Source of the DNA: Nitrosopumilus sp. | GTDB lineage: Archaea > Thermoproteota > Nitrososphaeria > Nitrososphaerales > Nitrosopumilaceae | Reading direction: 5' to 3' | NCBI GenBank assembly: GCA_965205425.1 | Contig: CBDBGZ010000005.1 | Span: 128,001-192,000, forward strand | DNA: 64,000 nt | Shown: in pieces, positions 10,292 to 19,642 of the stretch | How the letters are laid out: the number at the start of each line of letters is the position of its first letter | Numbering within the stretch: position 1 is the first letter of the stretch | Translations under genes and position numbers: made by a program | Notes under the pieces: generated by a model | What the model was told of the DNA's origin: nothing | The model's input: the letters and a program-made list of their open reading frames with translations, nothing else | Database searches by the model: none

Positions 10292-10468
10292 CTATTTGTT
10301 TAGAAATTCTTTAATTTTCTTTAGATTTGCAACATTTGATTCATGAAACATTACCATTGATTCAGATAATGTATTTGGCAATACCGTTTTGAGATTATCA
10401 ACTAGTTCATCACCACTAGTAATCATATTATCAATCAGCTTGTCAATTTCATTTTTGTCATCAACCAT
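10292..10468 (-). CDS. 58-aa hypothetical helical protein
   Basis: Manual translation MVDDKNEIDKLIDNMITSGDELVDNLK...KIKEFLNK, downstream of the Lrp gene. Confidence 0.65.
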   Translation of the reverse strand: MVDDKNEIDKLIDNMITSGDELVDNLKTVLPNTLSESMVMFHESNVANLKKIKEFLNK

Positions 10469-10490
10469 TTGATTAGATTAGGGACTAGTC

Positions 10491-10724
10491 TTAGTTATCT
10501 TTTTTTATTAAAGTAGCAGTAGAACGTACTTTTTTTAATTTTTGAATATTCCAAGAAACAATCTCTCGAATCTTTTCAAAATTTTCTGCTTGTAATTTTA
10601 CCAACATGTCATGAGTTCCAATGGTTTCAAAAACATCTACAACTTGTTCAATCTCTTTTAATTGTTCTATAATCTCAGTTTCTGCACCTAACTCACAATT
10701 TAGCATCACATATGCATCAGTCAT
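10491..10724 (-). CDS. Lrp/AsnC ligand-binding-domain protein
   Basis: AYVMLNCE.G...G.HDMLVK...VRST.TL. Confidence 0.9.
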   Translation of the reverse strand: MTDAYVMLNCELGAETEIIEQLKEIEQVVDVFETIGTHDMLVKLQAENFEKIREIVSWNIQKLKKVRSTATLIKKDN

Positions 10725-10776
10725 AAAATAAGCAATAATTAATGATTATTTAAAGATGGAGAATTTTAGGTAGAGC

Positions 10777-11424
10777 TTACCACGTAACATGAACTAAATC
10801 TTTGAGATTTCGTCGAGGTTTAGGGAATTTTGTTTGTTTAGGATATCCAATACACAATACAGATGAAGGTACAAGTTCAGTTCCTATTACATCCATTACT
10901 TTTTGTTCATCAAACATTCCAATCCAGATAGAACTTAATCCCAAGGCTTGAGCTGCCAATTGAGAATAACCAGCTGCCAAAGTTGCATCCTGAATAGCAA
11001 ATTTTTTCAAAATATAATCTGGAAAATCGAATTTTACTCTAGAGGGGTTTTTACAAAAAACCAAAACTACAGGAGCATCAACATAAGGTTGTTTATTACA
11101 AGCATCAACTAGAAGCTTTTTCTTTTCAGGACTCTTAATGTAAAATATTTCAAATCCTTGAAAGTTACCTGCAGTAGGTGCAGTATCTGCAGCAGCAATA
11201 ATTTTATCAATTTTGGCAGTTTCAACAGGTTTATCTAAAAACTTCCGTGTAGAACGTCTCTTTGCCATTACTGCAAACAAATCAGTATCTACAACTTCAG
11301 ATGGACCAGATTTTAGAATGAAGTCAAGCAAATGATTTCGAATATCATGATCAGGGACATCAGGTTTTTCTTCAGGTTCATAGCCTAATGGATAGATTTT
11401 TTCTCCATCATTTTCTGAACTCAT
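10777..11424 (-). CDS. Nitroreductase family protein
   Basis: RRSTRKF, APTAGNFQ, GLSSIWIG, IGYP. Confidence 0.9.
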   Translation of the reverse strand: MSSENDGEKIYPLGYEPEEKPDVPDHDIRNHLLDFILKSGPSEVVDTDLFAVMAKRRSTRKFLDKPVETAKIDKIIAAADTAPTAGNFQGFEIFYIKSPEKKKLLVDACNKQPYVDAPVVLVFCKNPSRVKFDFPDYILKKFAIQDATLAAGYSQLAAQALGLSSIWIGMFDEQKVMDVIGTELVPSSVLCIGYPKQTKFPKPRRNLKDLVHVTW

Positions 11425-11486
11425 AAAGAAAGTACATGAAATATCCTATTAAAGAATTAGAAAAATATCAGAATTGAAAAGATCAC

Positions 11487-11672
11487 TTATTCTGCTTCAA
11501 ACTTGTCACAACCAGAAGTACAAGGTTTATTCATTACACCCTCACATACGTCTAATTCATTATGCATGATACGATGATGTCCACAAATTTTACATTTTTC
11601 TCTAAAATAGGAAATCAGCTCAGCAGTAGAAATGTTTGAATTTTGGATTTTGGATTCAGTTTCACTAGTCAT
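11487..11672 (-). CDS. Cys/His-rich small protein
   Basis: CKICGH...H...C......C..GC. Confidence 0.7.
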   Translation of the reverse strand: MTSETESKIQNSNISTAELISYFREKCKICGHHRIMHNELDVCEGVMNKPCTSGCDKFEAE

Positions 11673-11952
11673 GATGATTTTCAGTAATCAAGTTAGTTTA
11701 AACATTTTGAACAGGCAACATAATAAATCACCAGGGCAATATCCATCATGAGCATTGTAAAATTTATCAATAAAATGAGTCATAGACAATTTTATCTAAT
11801 TTTTGGAACAGGATGCATAGTTGCATTTTATTTTCTTTTTACAAATTGTTATCAGTTGTATGGAGACCATTGTTTCTACGTCCCATAATTGAATAAACCT
11901 CAATTTTTTTATTTTAATAATACTAATTTACCCAAAAAATCATCAAATAATA

Positions 11953-12138
11953 TTGGTTGAATCTAATCAAGAAAACGATAAATATGAAACAATAATGATT
12001 GAATCAAAAATCAGAGAAGGTGTTTTTCATAAAGTTGTTAAAGATAAAGAAAGTGGAAAAGCTGTTTCTTGTTCTTGCAAATGTTGGAGTAAAGGAAACA
12101 AGCCTTGTGTAGGCATGAGAACTATTGGTTTTGAATAA
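11953..12138 (+). CDS. SWIM-like Cys-rich small protein
   Basis: SCSCKCW...PC. Confidence 0.55.
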   Translation: MVESNQENDKYETIMIESKIREGVFHKVVKDKESGKAVSCSCKCWSKGNKPCVGMRTIGFE

Positions 12139-12160
12139 TAAGTGAAATTAGTATTAGAAG

Positions 12161-12242
12161 CGCCGAGAGAGGGATTCGAACCCCCGCACGCTTTCGCGTA
12201 GCCGTTTTCGAGACGGCCGCCGTACTACTTGGCTATCTCGGC
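12161..12242 (-). tRNA. tRNA-Ser(CGA), intronless, CCA not encoded
   Basis: Acceptor GCCGAGA/TCTCGGC, anticodon arm GCCGT-CT-CGA-AA-ACGGC, long variable arm, GGTTCGAATCC T-arm. Confidence 0.95.
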
Positions 12243-12285
12243 ATCTATTCTGAGAACACCTCCATAATAAAGCGAATTGATAAGA

Positions 12286-12552
12286 TCAAATTTTATCAAT
12301 ATCGAATAATTCATCTTTGAATTTCTTTTTGATTTGATCTTTTGTTCTATTCCATTCATCTTGAGTTACAGAATCTGTGAAAATAGAATAAAATCTATCA
12401 AAATACTCATCATTTAATGCTGAAGTGATTTCTTGTTTTTCAGATTCAGAAAAAGCAAAGTATGAAATAATTTTGGATATAGAATCATCAGATTCATAGC
12501 GTATTTCAAAAATTTTATCCTGTAAATGATCTGGAAATTTTTGTGGCACCAT
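12286..12552 (-). CDS. Hypothetical protein
   Basis: 88-aa ORF. Confidence 0.65.
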   Translation of the reverse strand: MVPQKFPDHLQDKIFEIRYESDDSISKIISYFAFSESEKQEITSALNDEYFDRFYSIFTDSVTQDEWNRTKDQIKKKFKDELFDIDKI

Positions 12553-12661
12553 TAAGTTTTGAATGGTTTGTACATTAAAATGGATTTTAAAATAGTATGA
12601 ACAAATTACCGATCAATTTGAAAGGATAAACACAAAATACCAGAAAACATCAAGGAATTTC

Positions 12662-13681
12662 ATGGGATTAAATCTAAAAGAATTGGTAGTTAGAGAGAAA
12701 ACAACTCTTGAAGCATTTTCAAATAAAGTAATAGCAATTGATGCGTATAATGCAATTTACCAATTTTTGGCAAGTATTAGGGGTCCTGATGGATTACAGC
12801 TAACGGATACAGAAGGAAGGATTACCAGCCATCTTAGTGGATTACTTTACAGAAATGTAAATTTTCTATCATTAGGAATTAAACCAGTTTATGTTTTTGA
12901 TGGAAAACCTCCATCACTAAAAACTGCTGAAATTGAGCGTAGAAAACAGATCAAAAAAGATGCCACTGTAAAATATGAAAAAGCAGTTGCAGAAGGGAAT
13001 ATGGAAGATGCAAGAAAATTTGCACAACAAACAACCAGCATGAGAGATGGAATGGTAAAAGAATCAAAAGAATTTCTTACATATTTTGGTATTCCATATA
13101 TCGAAGCCCCATCAGAGGGAGAAGCAACAGCAGCTCATCTAACAAACACAGGACAAGCATATGCATCTGCCAGTCAAGATTATGATTCTGTTTTATGTGG
13201 AGCAAAAAGATTGGTAAGGAATTTTACCAGTAGTGGAAGAAGAAAAATTCCTAATAGAAATACCTACATCGATGTGTTACCAGAAATTATTGAAACGCAA
13301 AAAACATTAGATTCAATCGAAATGACAAGAAAAGAATTAATTGATGTTGGGATTTTAATTGGTACAGATTTCAATCCAAACGGATTTGAAAGAATTGGTC
13401 CAAAAACAGCAATGAAATTAATCAGACAACATTCAAGGTTAGAAGACATTCCACAAATACGAGAACAGTTAGAAGAAATAGATTTTCAACAAATACGAGA
13501 AATATTTCTAAATCCAGAAGTTGCAGAAGTTGATGAAATTATATTCAATGAAGTAGATCATGAAGGAGTTATGAAATATCTTAAAGAGAGAAGTTTTTCA
13601 GAAGAGAGAATTCAATCAACATTAAACAGATTAAAAAAAGCCTTGGAGAAAAAGAGTCAAAATCTCGATCAATGGTTTTAG
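12662..13681 (+). CDS. fen: Flap endonuclease 1
   Basis: IDAYN, YVFDG, EGEA, SQDYD, GTDFN, C-terminal PIP box QNLDQWF. Confidence 0.97.
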   Translation: MGLNLKELVVREKTTLEAFSNKVIAIDAYNAIYQFLASIRGPDGLQLTDTEGRITSHLSGLLYRNVNFLSLGIKPVYVFDGKPPSLKTAEIERRKQIKKDATVKYEKAVAEGNMEDARKFAQQTTSMRDGMVKESKEFLTYFGIPYIEAPSEGEATAAHLTNTGQAYASASQDYDSVLCGAKRLVRNFTSSGRRKIPNRNTYIDVLPEIIETQKTLDSIEMTRKELIDVGILIGTDFNPNGFERIGPKTAMKLIRQHSRLEDIPQIREQLEEIDFQQIREIFLNPEVAEVDEIIFNEVDHEGVMKYLKERSFSEERIQSTLNRLKKALEKKSQNLDQWF

Positions 13682-13723
13682 CTAACAAATTCATCTTTTA
13701 TACTTCAGAGTTTGACTAATTTT

Positions 13724-13882
13724 GTGGTCAAACAGTATTACAAAGTTCTAAAAAAATTCAATTCCAAAAAAGACTATGGAATCAAAATCAGACCACAATA
13801 CGCAAGATGCCTATCTATGCTCAAAGTAGGTCAAAAAATCAATCAAAAGGACTTTGCAAGTGAATTTGGGCACTCATGTTAA
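13724..13882 (+). pseudogene. Probably truncated basic ORF (GTG start)
   Basis: VVKQYYKVLKKFNSKKDYGIKIRPQYARCLSMLKVGQKINQKDFASEFGHSC; TATA cttttata 29 nt upstream; runs out of frame into the sortase fragment. Confidence 0.45.
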
Positions 13883-14127
13883 AACTAAATATTCCACGAA
13901 ATAGGAAAGCTCTCTATTTTGTTTTGGGAATTATTGGAACAATTACTGTTAATTTAATTCGAATTTTCTCATTATCTTGGTATGCTCTAAAAGTAACTAC
14001 AGATCCTGTAGCATGGGAAGAATATCACAAAATTGCAGGTGAAATAATGTTTTTGCCTTGGCTATTTGCTTTCATTCTAGTTGTGATTATAATAGAATCA
14101 AGACGTCTAAAGAAACTTGAGCAATAG
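13876..14127 (+). pseudogene. 3' fragment of an exosortase/archaeosortase-family gene
   Basis: NLIRI (catalytic Arg) and EEYH (His) in TM helices; catalytic Cys region and N-terminus absent, in-frame stop at 13861. Confidence 0.7.
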
Positions 14128-14181
14128 TGTCTAGAGAGCTAAAAATCCACATACCTCTACTAATATTCCCATCAAAACGTT

Positions 14182-14208
14182 CTGAATAATGTATCTCAGA
14201 TTATTCAG
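14182..14208. terminator. Inverted repeat between convergent genes
   Basis: ctgaataat-N9-attattcag perfect 9-bp stem. Confidence 0.4.
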
Positions 14209-14223
14209 TATTTTGTCAATTTA

Positions 14224-15705
14224 TCACAAATCAACTGAATCGTGCTGTTTCACAGATAATACATTTCCATGCCATTTCTTGTGATATTCGTCATGTTGTG
14301 TATGAATCGGAATTAGTTTTTTAGCATTAGAGCCGTCAATGACTCGTTTTATCTGAGTACCATCTCCATGACCTGAAACATGGATTTGATGACAATCTTG
14401 GTCTTTTTTGATTACTCCAAAGTGAGTAAACCAATTTTTGATTTGTTCTTCTTTTAGTTCCATTTCTAAGTCAAAAGGTTCTGTTAATGAGCGAATGTAT
14501 GTAGCCCCTTCATCAGGCTTGATATCTATCAAATCTTGGAGTCTGAAATCACTGCAAAAGAATATGAAATTTTTCTGGTTTGCTTTGATATCTCTATAAT
14601 CCACGGCATTTGGATAATCCAAAAATTCTCTTTGCCATTCCGCATAATCCATGTAGAATTGCCTATCTGAGAACTTCTCCAAATCCTTATCTAATAATCC
14701 CCAAGTTCCTCTTTGAATGTAGATTTTGATATTACTATCAGTTGGTGAGGGATAGTGTCCTTTTAGGTTCTCTGATTGAGAAAATAGTTTTAACAAATAT
14801 GCTTGCTTCATGTCAATTACCAAATCACGATTAGTTTGTTTTGCGGATTCATAAAAAGATAACAATCTATCTAAATCTCTAATAGGATAACCACATATTG
14901 CCAAACCATTTGTTTTGTTTACAATATCTGTAACGGTAGATTCTACATCATATTCTGTTAATGATTGTGTTGAATTCACTCTAGTTCCTTCACATAGTAA
15001 CAAGTCTAGGGAAGAGTCCCCACATTTTTCTACAAACTTTTCGGTATCTTTACTTCGTCTACCATGGAATCGTAAATCGGCAGTGTTTCCAATTGTACCT
15101 TCAGAAGTATGTAAAATAAAAGCATGAACTCCTGCAATAGAGTGGTCTACGGGTAATGGATTAACATTGATTGAATCAATTGAAAACTCTTTTCCGGATT
15201 GAAATGTTTTGATAGTACGAGGAACCTTTACTTTATCTCCAATGGCACGACTAATTTCTCCTTTTTTATTTTCATAGATTTGAAATTTTTCTTTTAGTGT
15301 CAGATATTGATCAGTACCAGTCTCATCAAAGTTTTGCATTATCAATTTTGATTCTTCAGAGCAGTAAATTGGAATATCCGGTCTCAAGTATGGAATGTAT
15401 GCACAATGATCAACATGGGCATGAGTCAACAGTATGCCGTCAACGGATGTTTCTTCATCTCCGCCAAACCCTACATGTTTAGCATAGTCTCTACGATACA
15501 ATCCCTTGATTTTAGGTAAAATTCCAAGCTCAAACATGTCTGCTAGGGTGTTAGAGCCTCTAGCACTCATGAATTGAGAGAAAAACTGTCCTTCTTCTGA
15601 AAAAGACATACCAAAATCCATGAACAGAGATGTGCCTTTGTCTTTGACTAGGAACTTGTTTCCTCCAATGTCATTTACTCCTCCGTGAAATGTAACACTA
15701 GTCAT
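14224..15705 (-). CDS. MBL-fold beta-CASP hydrolase, RNase J-like
   Basis: IGGN, DFG, THAHVDH, VDHS, D.RFHG, EGT, HVSGH, PIH. Confidence 0.85.
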   Translation of the reverse strand: MTSVTFHGGVNDIGGNKFLVKDKGTSLFMDFGMSFSEEGQFFSQFMSARGSNTLADMFELGILPKIKGLYRRDYAKHVGFGGDEETSVDGILLTHAHVDHCAYIPYLRPDIPIYCSEESKLIMQNFDETGTDQYLTLKEKFQIYENKKGEISRAIGDKVKVPRTIKTFQSGKEFSIDSINVNPLPVDHSIAGVHAFILHTSEGTIGNTADLRFHGRRSKDTEKFVEKCGDSSLDLLLCEGTRVNSTQSLTEYDVESTVTDIVNKTNGLAICGYPIRDLDRLLSFYESAKQTNRDLVIDMKQAYLLKLFSQSENLKGHYPSPTDSNIKIYIQRGTWGLLDKDLEKFSDRQFYMDYAEWQREFLDYPNAVDYRDIKANQKNFIFFCSDFRLQDLIDIKPDEGATYIRSLTEPFDLEMELKEEQIKNWFTHFGVIKKDQDCHQIHVSGHGDGTQIKRVIDGSNAKKLIPIHTQHDEYHKKWHGNVLSVKQHDSVDL

Positions 15706-15799
15706 AAAATAATGAAGGTAAGAGAGTATTAAAGAACAACTCTAATTTTCAACCCTAAAGTTTTAGTGTAAATGATTTTCAGGTAACTTTTTGTAGTTA

Positions 15800-16736
15800 A
15801 TGTCAAAAGAAAATCTATTGGTTTTATTCAAACGAAATAAAGACAAACTTGAACCCATTAAAGAAACGTCATTTGACCTTGAAAAGAAAATTCAAGACAT
15901 CACTGAAAAAAATTTAAAACAAATATTCAATCTTGAATTTGTAAAAAGTGAATTTCAAGTTACAAATGATTTTAGAATAGATACCCTAGGCATTTGATAA
16001 AGAATCTTCTAGTTTTGTTATAATTGAATACAAAAATGGTAGAGACAAAGGATTGATGACACAAGGATTAGCATATTTATCAACTATGCTTGATAGATAT
16101 TCAGATTTTATCACAGAATATAATGAACAATTAAACAAAAGTCTAAAGAAAAATGATGTAGATAAATCACAGTCAAAAATTATTTTCATTGCACCATCAT
16201 ACGACAAAAATATTATTCAAGCCTCAAATCTAGATTTACCTATAGAATTATGGAAAGTCCATCTATACGAAAACAACATGATAGAATACTTACCAATTAA
16301 TTCAAACAAAAAAACATCTACAAAACTCCCCAAATTTTCAGGAGGTATTTTAGAAAAAATTACTCGTGAAATTAAAACATACACAGAAGAATATCATTAT
16401 GAAAAAAGAGCAAGTAAGAAAACACAAGAAATCTATGAAGAAATTAGAGATAAAATTATGAATATGGGAAATAATATTGACGTAATCATTAGACAGCGAT
16501 ATATCGCGTTTAAAACAAATTACAATTTTGTATACATCAATCTAAAACGTAGTATGATACATGTAGATTTATCCATGAAAGTAAAAGAGGTAGAAGACCC
16601 AAAACATGTGATCAGAAATATTGAAGATGTAGGTCATGCAAGTGCAGGTAAATCAAGAATGACAATCACAGAAAAATCACAAATCCCATATCTCATTGGA
16701 TTAATTGAGCAATCTTATTCTAAATCAATTAAATAA
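15800..16736 (+). pseudogene. PD-(D/E)XK nuclease + DUF5655-like C-domain, +1 frameshift at ~15989-15990
   Basis: Removing one G gives continuous RIDTLAFDKESSSFVIIEYK...QGLAY; C-terminal YIAFK...F...GH pattern. Confidence 0.75.
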
Positions 16737-16769
16737 TTATTTTTAAATCAAAAACTACTCGAATTAATT

Positions 16770-17201
16770 GTGTTATTTAAGAAAAAACCTCAGCCCACCA
16801 AAATCAGGTATTTTGAACCACTAACAGGATCAAGTGATGTAGTTAATAGAAAAATGTCACTAAAAGAAAGAATTGAAAAAGATACAAAGAATTTAGAAGA
16901 AATTAAAAAATTTTGCAAAGGAAAAAAATTGTCAATCACAGTACGATTTTTCCTATACGATGGTAAAGAAGATCAATCACCTCAACCAGAAGGGAGAATA
17001 AAGAAAGATCTCGATAATTTATTAAAAATTGTTCTTGATGTGCTTCCTGAAAAGATGGATTCTGAGGGCAAAAATGATGGTTTGGGATTAATTAAAAAAG
17101 ATTATGATCATCTAGTATATGAAATAAAAACCACTAAAGAAATAGTTTCAAAAAAAAGCGATGAAGGTATTGATATTGTAATTTCAGAGTGGAAAAATTA
17201 A
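16770..17201 (+). CDS. RusA-like Holliday junction resolvase/endonuclease
   Basis: KDLDNLLKIVLD...G...D motif. Confidence 0.7.
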   Translation: MLFKKKPQPTKIRYFEPLTGSSDVVNRKMSLKERIEKDTKNLEEIKKFCKGKKLSITVRFFLYDGKEDQSPQPEGRIKKDLDNLLKIVLDVLPEKMDSEGKNDGLGLIKKDYDHLVYEIKTTKEIVSKKSDEGIDIVISEWKN

Positions 17202-17212
17202 ATCTAAAATAA

Positions 17213-17950
17213 CTAAATTAAAAACTCAGAGGCATGTTTGCCTTCTTCAGTAATTTCTATCCATCTAGTTCTGCCAATTTTATTTACTTTAACAAATCCC
17301 CATCGATGTTCTAATGCAGAAATTATTCCCTTATCTAAACTTGCAAAAGTAGCTTGGCTTTGGTTCTCGGCATTTACAACAATCAATTTTTGCTCTAATG
17401 CTTGTTTTGCCATGTCTTTTTTTGATATTTTACCACCAGAGTCGACTACAATTTTTAATGCTTGAATGTGTCTTTCTTCAGGCTTTTGAATCTCATATGT
17501 CGGAATGTATTCTATATTTTTAATTCCTTTAGACATTGCTTTACCTGAAAATCCCAGATATTCTTTTGCCTCCACATAAAATGGATTTACGTTATCGTTG
17601 TCATTGAACATCATTGACGCCATCATGCAACCTATTGCTTGAACTTTGGATCCTGACGCTAAATTAACTGAAACGATATTTCCAGATTCTTTAATTATTA
17701 GATTTTTTACAGTCTTGATAATTTGAAATAGAGCAGTTCTGTTATGATATTCTATTACAACTTCAATGTTTAGTTTTTCTAGTTGTTCTGAAATCTTTTG
17801 ATAAAACTTAGTTGCCTTGTCTTCTGAGGGATTTTCATGAACTAGTAAAATTACTTTATCTGCTCGGAGGTTTTTTGCAGGAAGTACAATCCTATCTATT
17901 TCATAGCCTACAGGGGCAATATGAACACGTAAGTTAGGTATTTCAGGCAT
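17213..17950 (-). CDS. HFX_2341/DUF6293 family regulator (CARF-like + winged HTH)
   Basis: LRVHIAPVGYE.DRI, VNLASGSK, C-terminal wHTH GRTRWIEITEEG; start refined to MPEIPNL. Confidence 0.8.
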   Translation of the reverse strand: MPEIPNLRVHIAPVGYEIDRIVLPAKNLRADKVILLVHENPSEDKATKFYQKISEQLEKLNIEVVIEYHNRTALFQIIKTVKNLIIKESGNIVSVNLASGSKVQAIGCMMASMMFNDNDNVNPFYVEAKEYLGFSGKAMSKGIKNIEYIPTYEIQKPEERHIQALKIVVDSGGKISKKDMAKQALEQKLIVVNAENQSQATFASLDKGIISALEHRWGFVKVNKIGRTRWIEITEEGKHASEFLI

Positions 17951-17951
17951 A

Positions 17952-17976
17952 ATGGTATCTACAGTATGGATACTAT
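17952..17976. promoter_or_regulatory. Candidate operator palindrome in the divergent regulator/PIN gap
   Basis: atggtatc-N9-gatactat (7/8 inverted match). Confidence 0.4.
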
Positions 17977-18016
17977 GGTCATGTAATATAATAATTTTTT
18001 CAGCACTAGTTGATTC

Positions 18017-18442
18017 ATGAAACAAACACAAATCCAAAAAATCGCACTAGACTCATGCGTTGTAATAGATATCATTGAAAAACCACAAGTAGCCTTTGGA
18101 CTCAAAGCCAGACTAAAGGGAAAACAGATCAAACTAGTTCTATGTGATGTTGTACTACAAGAAGTAGGAAGAGTAAGAGGGCTATCTACTAAAACAATCA
18201 TTGAGAAAATCTCAAAAATTCTTGGACGGGAAATAGAATTATCTCAAATTGATGAACAAAACAAAGACACAGCAAAAGAAATTTCTAATCAATTTCAAAT
18301 TTGCCATAACGGAGATAATAAAATTCTAAGTTTATGTCAAGCAAAAGACTTTGTCTTGGTAACATTTGATAGAATGCTTCTAAAGGCTTGTGAGTTTGTT
18401 GGAATTACAGGATTTCATCCATCAATGGTGAGAGGAATTTAA
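18017..18442 (+). CDS. PIN domain ribonuclease
   Basis: ALDSCVVI...E...GD..IL...LVTFD. Confidence 0.85.
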   Translation: MKQTQIQKIALDSCVVIDIIEKPQVAFGLKARLKGKQIKLVLCDVVLQEVGRVRGLSTKTIIEKISKILGREIELSQIDEQNKDTAKEISNQFQICHNGDNKILSLCQAKDFVLVTFDRMLLKACEFVGITGFHPSMVRGI

Positions 18443-18524
18443 AATGAAACCTGTAATGTATCCTAGAATAATTCGAGAGTTTGAGGATGAAAGAGATGAA
18501 CCGATGGTTTATGGAGGAAATTAA

Positions 18525-18692
18525 ATGAAAATTACTAAATTTCTGCCAAAGCCAATTGCAATAACATTTCAAAAACATGACATTGAGAAAAAAGAAGTCG
18601 AATTGAAATATTATCGTGCACATGTATTTACTTTGGAGCAATTAATTCAAGAAAGATATCAAGAACTAAATAGATTGGAGGAAACAAAATGA
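18525..18692 (+). CDS. 55-aa coiled-coil microprotein
   Basis: Manual translation MKITKFLPKPIAITFQKH...ELNRLEETK; GGAGG SD upstream. Confidence 0.6.
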   Translation: MKITKFLPKPIAITFQKHDIEKKEVELKYYRAHVFTLEQLIQERYQELNRLEETK

Positions 18693-18838
18693 GATGTAAA
18701 ATTTGTCAAACTGCGCACAAGAATACAAGTAGATTTCAATCATGGGAAGAACAAGTATGTAGATTATGTAGTAATGTTTGCGACTATTTTTCATGGAATG
18801 GTAATTATCTACATGAATATTGGGAGATTAGAAATTGA
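18689..18838 (+). CDS. 49-aa zinc-finger microprotein
   Basis: MRCKICQ...CRLCSNVC...; ATGA overlap and GGAGG SD. Confidence 0.65.
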   Translation: MRCKICQTAHKNTSRFQSWEEQVCRLCSNVCDYFSWNGNYLHEYWEIRN

Positions 18839-19026
18839 AATGCCCTCAATGTGGCAAATCATGGATAGCGGAGATTCTTTGGGGATATCCTGCCGATATG
18901 CAAGCATTAGAAGACGAACTAGGAAGAAAAGAAATGGTTCTTGGGGGCTGTATAATTACAGACCATGATCCAAAATGGGAATGCAATGATTGTCATTACA
19001 AATGGGGAGAAAGAGATGACTGTTAA
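18835..19026 (+). CDS. Zinc-ribbon small protein
   Basis: CPQCG...ILWGYP...LGGC...WECNDC...W; TTGA overlap. Confidence 0.75.
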   Translation: MKCPQCGKSWIAEILWGYPADMQALEDELGRKEMVLGGCIITDHDPKWECNDCHYKWGERDDC

Positions 19027-19318
19027 TCCCCTTGTAGATTCAAAGAAAAAGAGTGCCTCAGAAGCATTTGTCAACTCATTTGGAGGATATCCAATAGGGT
19101 ATGGGTTGGGAATAGTAATTCTACCTCTATCTGTAGGTTGGGTACAAGAGGATCCATACATTGCAAATATTGTAATCACTGGAGTTTATGCCACGGTATC
19201 TTTTGTAAGATCATATTTTTTACGAAGGATTTTTGAGAAATATGGAATTGATGATAATTTCATTAGACTAGGTTCAAAATTAATTAAAAAAATAATCTGG
19301 AGAAATAAATTATCATGA
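19016..19318 (+). CDS. Small membrane protein, phage-type (DUF7220-like)
   Basis: SKK.S..EA..N...GY ... S..RSY.LRR.F; start refined to MTVNP after GGAGA. Confidence 0.6.
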   Translation: MTVNPLVDSKKKSASEAFVNSFGGYPIGYGLGIVILPLSVGWVQEDPYIANIVITGVYATVSFVRSYFLRRIFEKYGIDDNFIRLGSKLIKKIIWRNKLS

Positions 19319-19593
19319 ATGAAGAGAAAGTATGCTGTGTATGTCTTGAGCATAAGAGATTTCTTGGAAGAATTAATGGTGGAAGAAACTACTATTGTAC
19401 AAAATGTACTTCCAAAATTACCAAATCAGATATGAAATATTGGAAAGATTGTTCGTTTGTAGAGTTTCTGCAAAGCATGAATGATGAAAAACCAAAGAGA
19501 CCACATTCCCAAACTCCAATGGCTGATGGTCTAAGACGAGCATGGACTGAAATGGGTCTAGATACAAAAAAGAATTTTGAAAAAGAAGAATGA
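19315..19593 (+). CDS. Zinc-finger small protein
   Basis: CCVC...CTKC; ATGA overlap. Confidence 0.65.
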   Translation: MNEEKVCCVCLEHKRFLGRINGGRNYYCTKCTSKITKSDMKYWKDCSFVEFLQSMNDEKPKRPHSQTPMADGLRRAWTEMGLDTKKNFEKEE

Positions 19594-19642
19594 GATATTC
19601 CTCAATAGAATAATTAAAAATACTGATAGTAGAGAATAGATT

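Noticed and set aside
11900..12242. Integration at tRNA-Ser
   Set aside because: No duplicate of the tRNA 3' end and no integrase found in the window
17951..18037. ORF-track N-terminal extension of the regulator overlapping the PIN gene
   Set aside because: The family motif starts just after Met at 17950; the extension spans the divergent promoter
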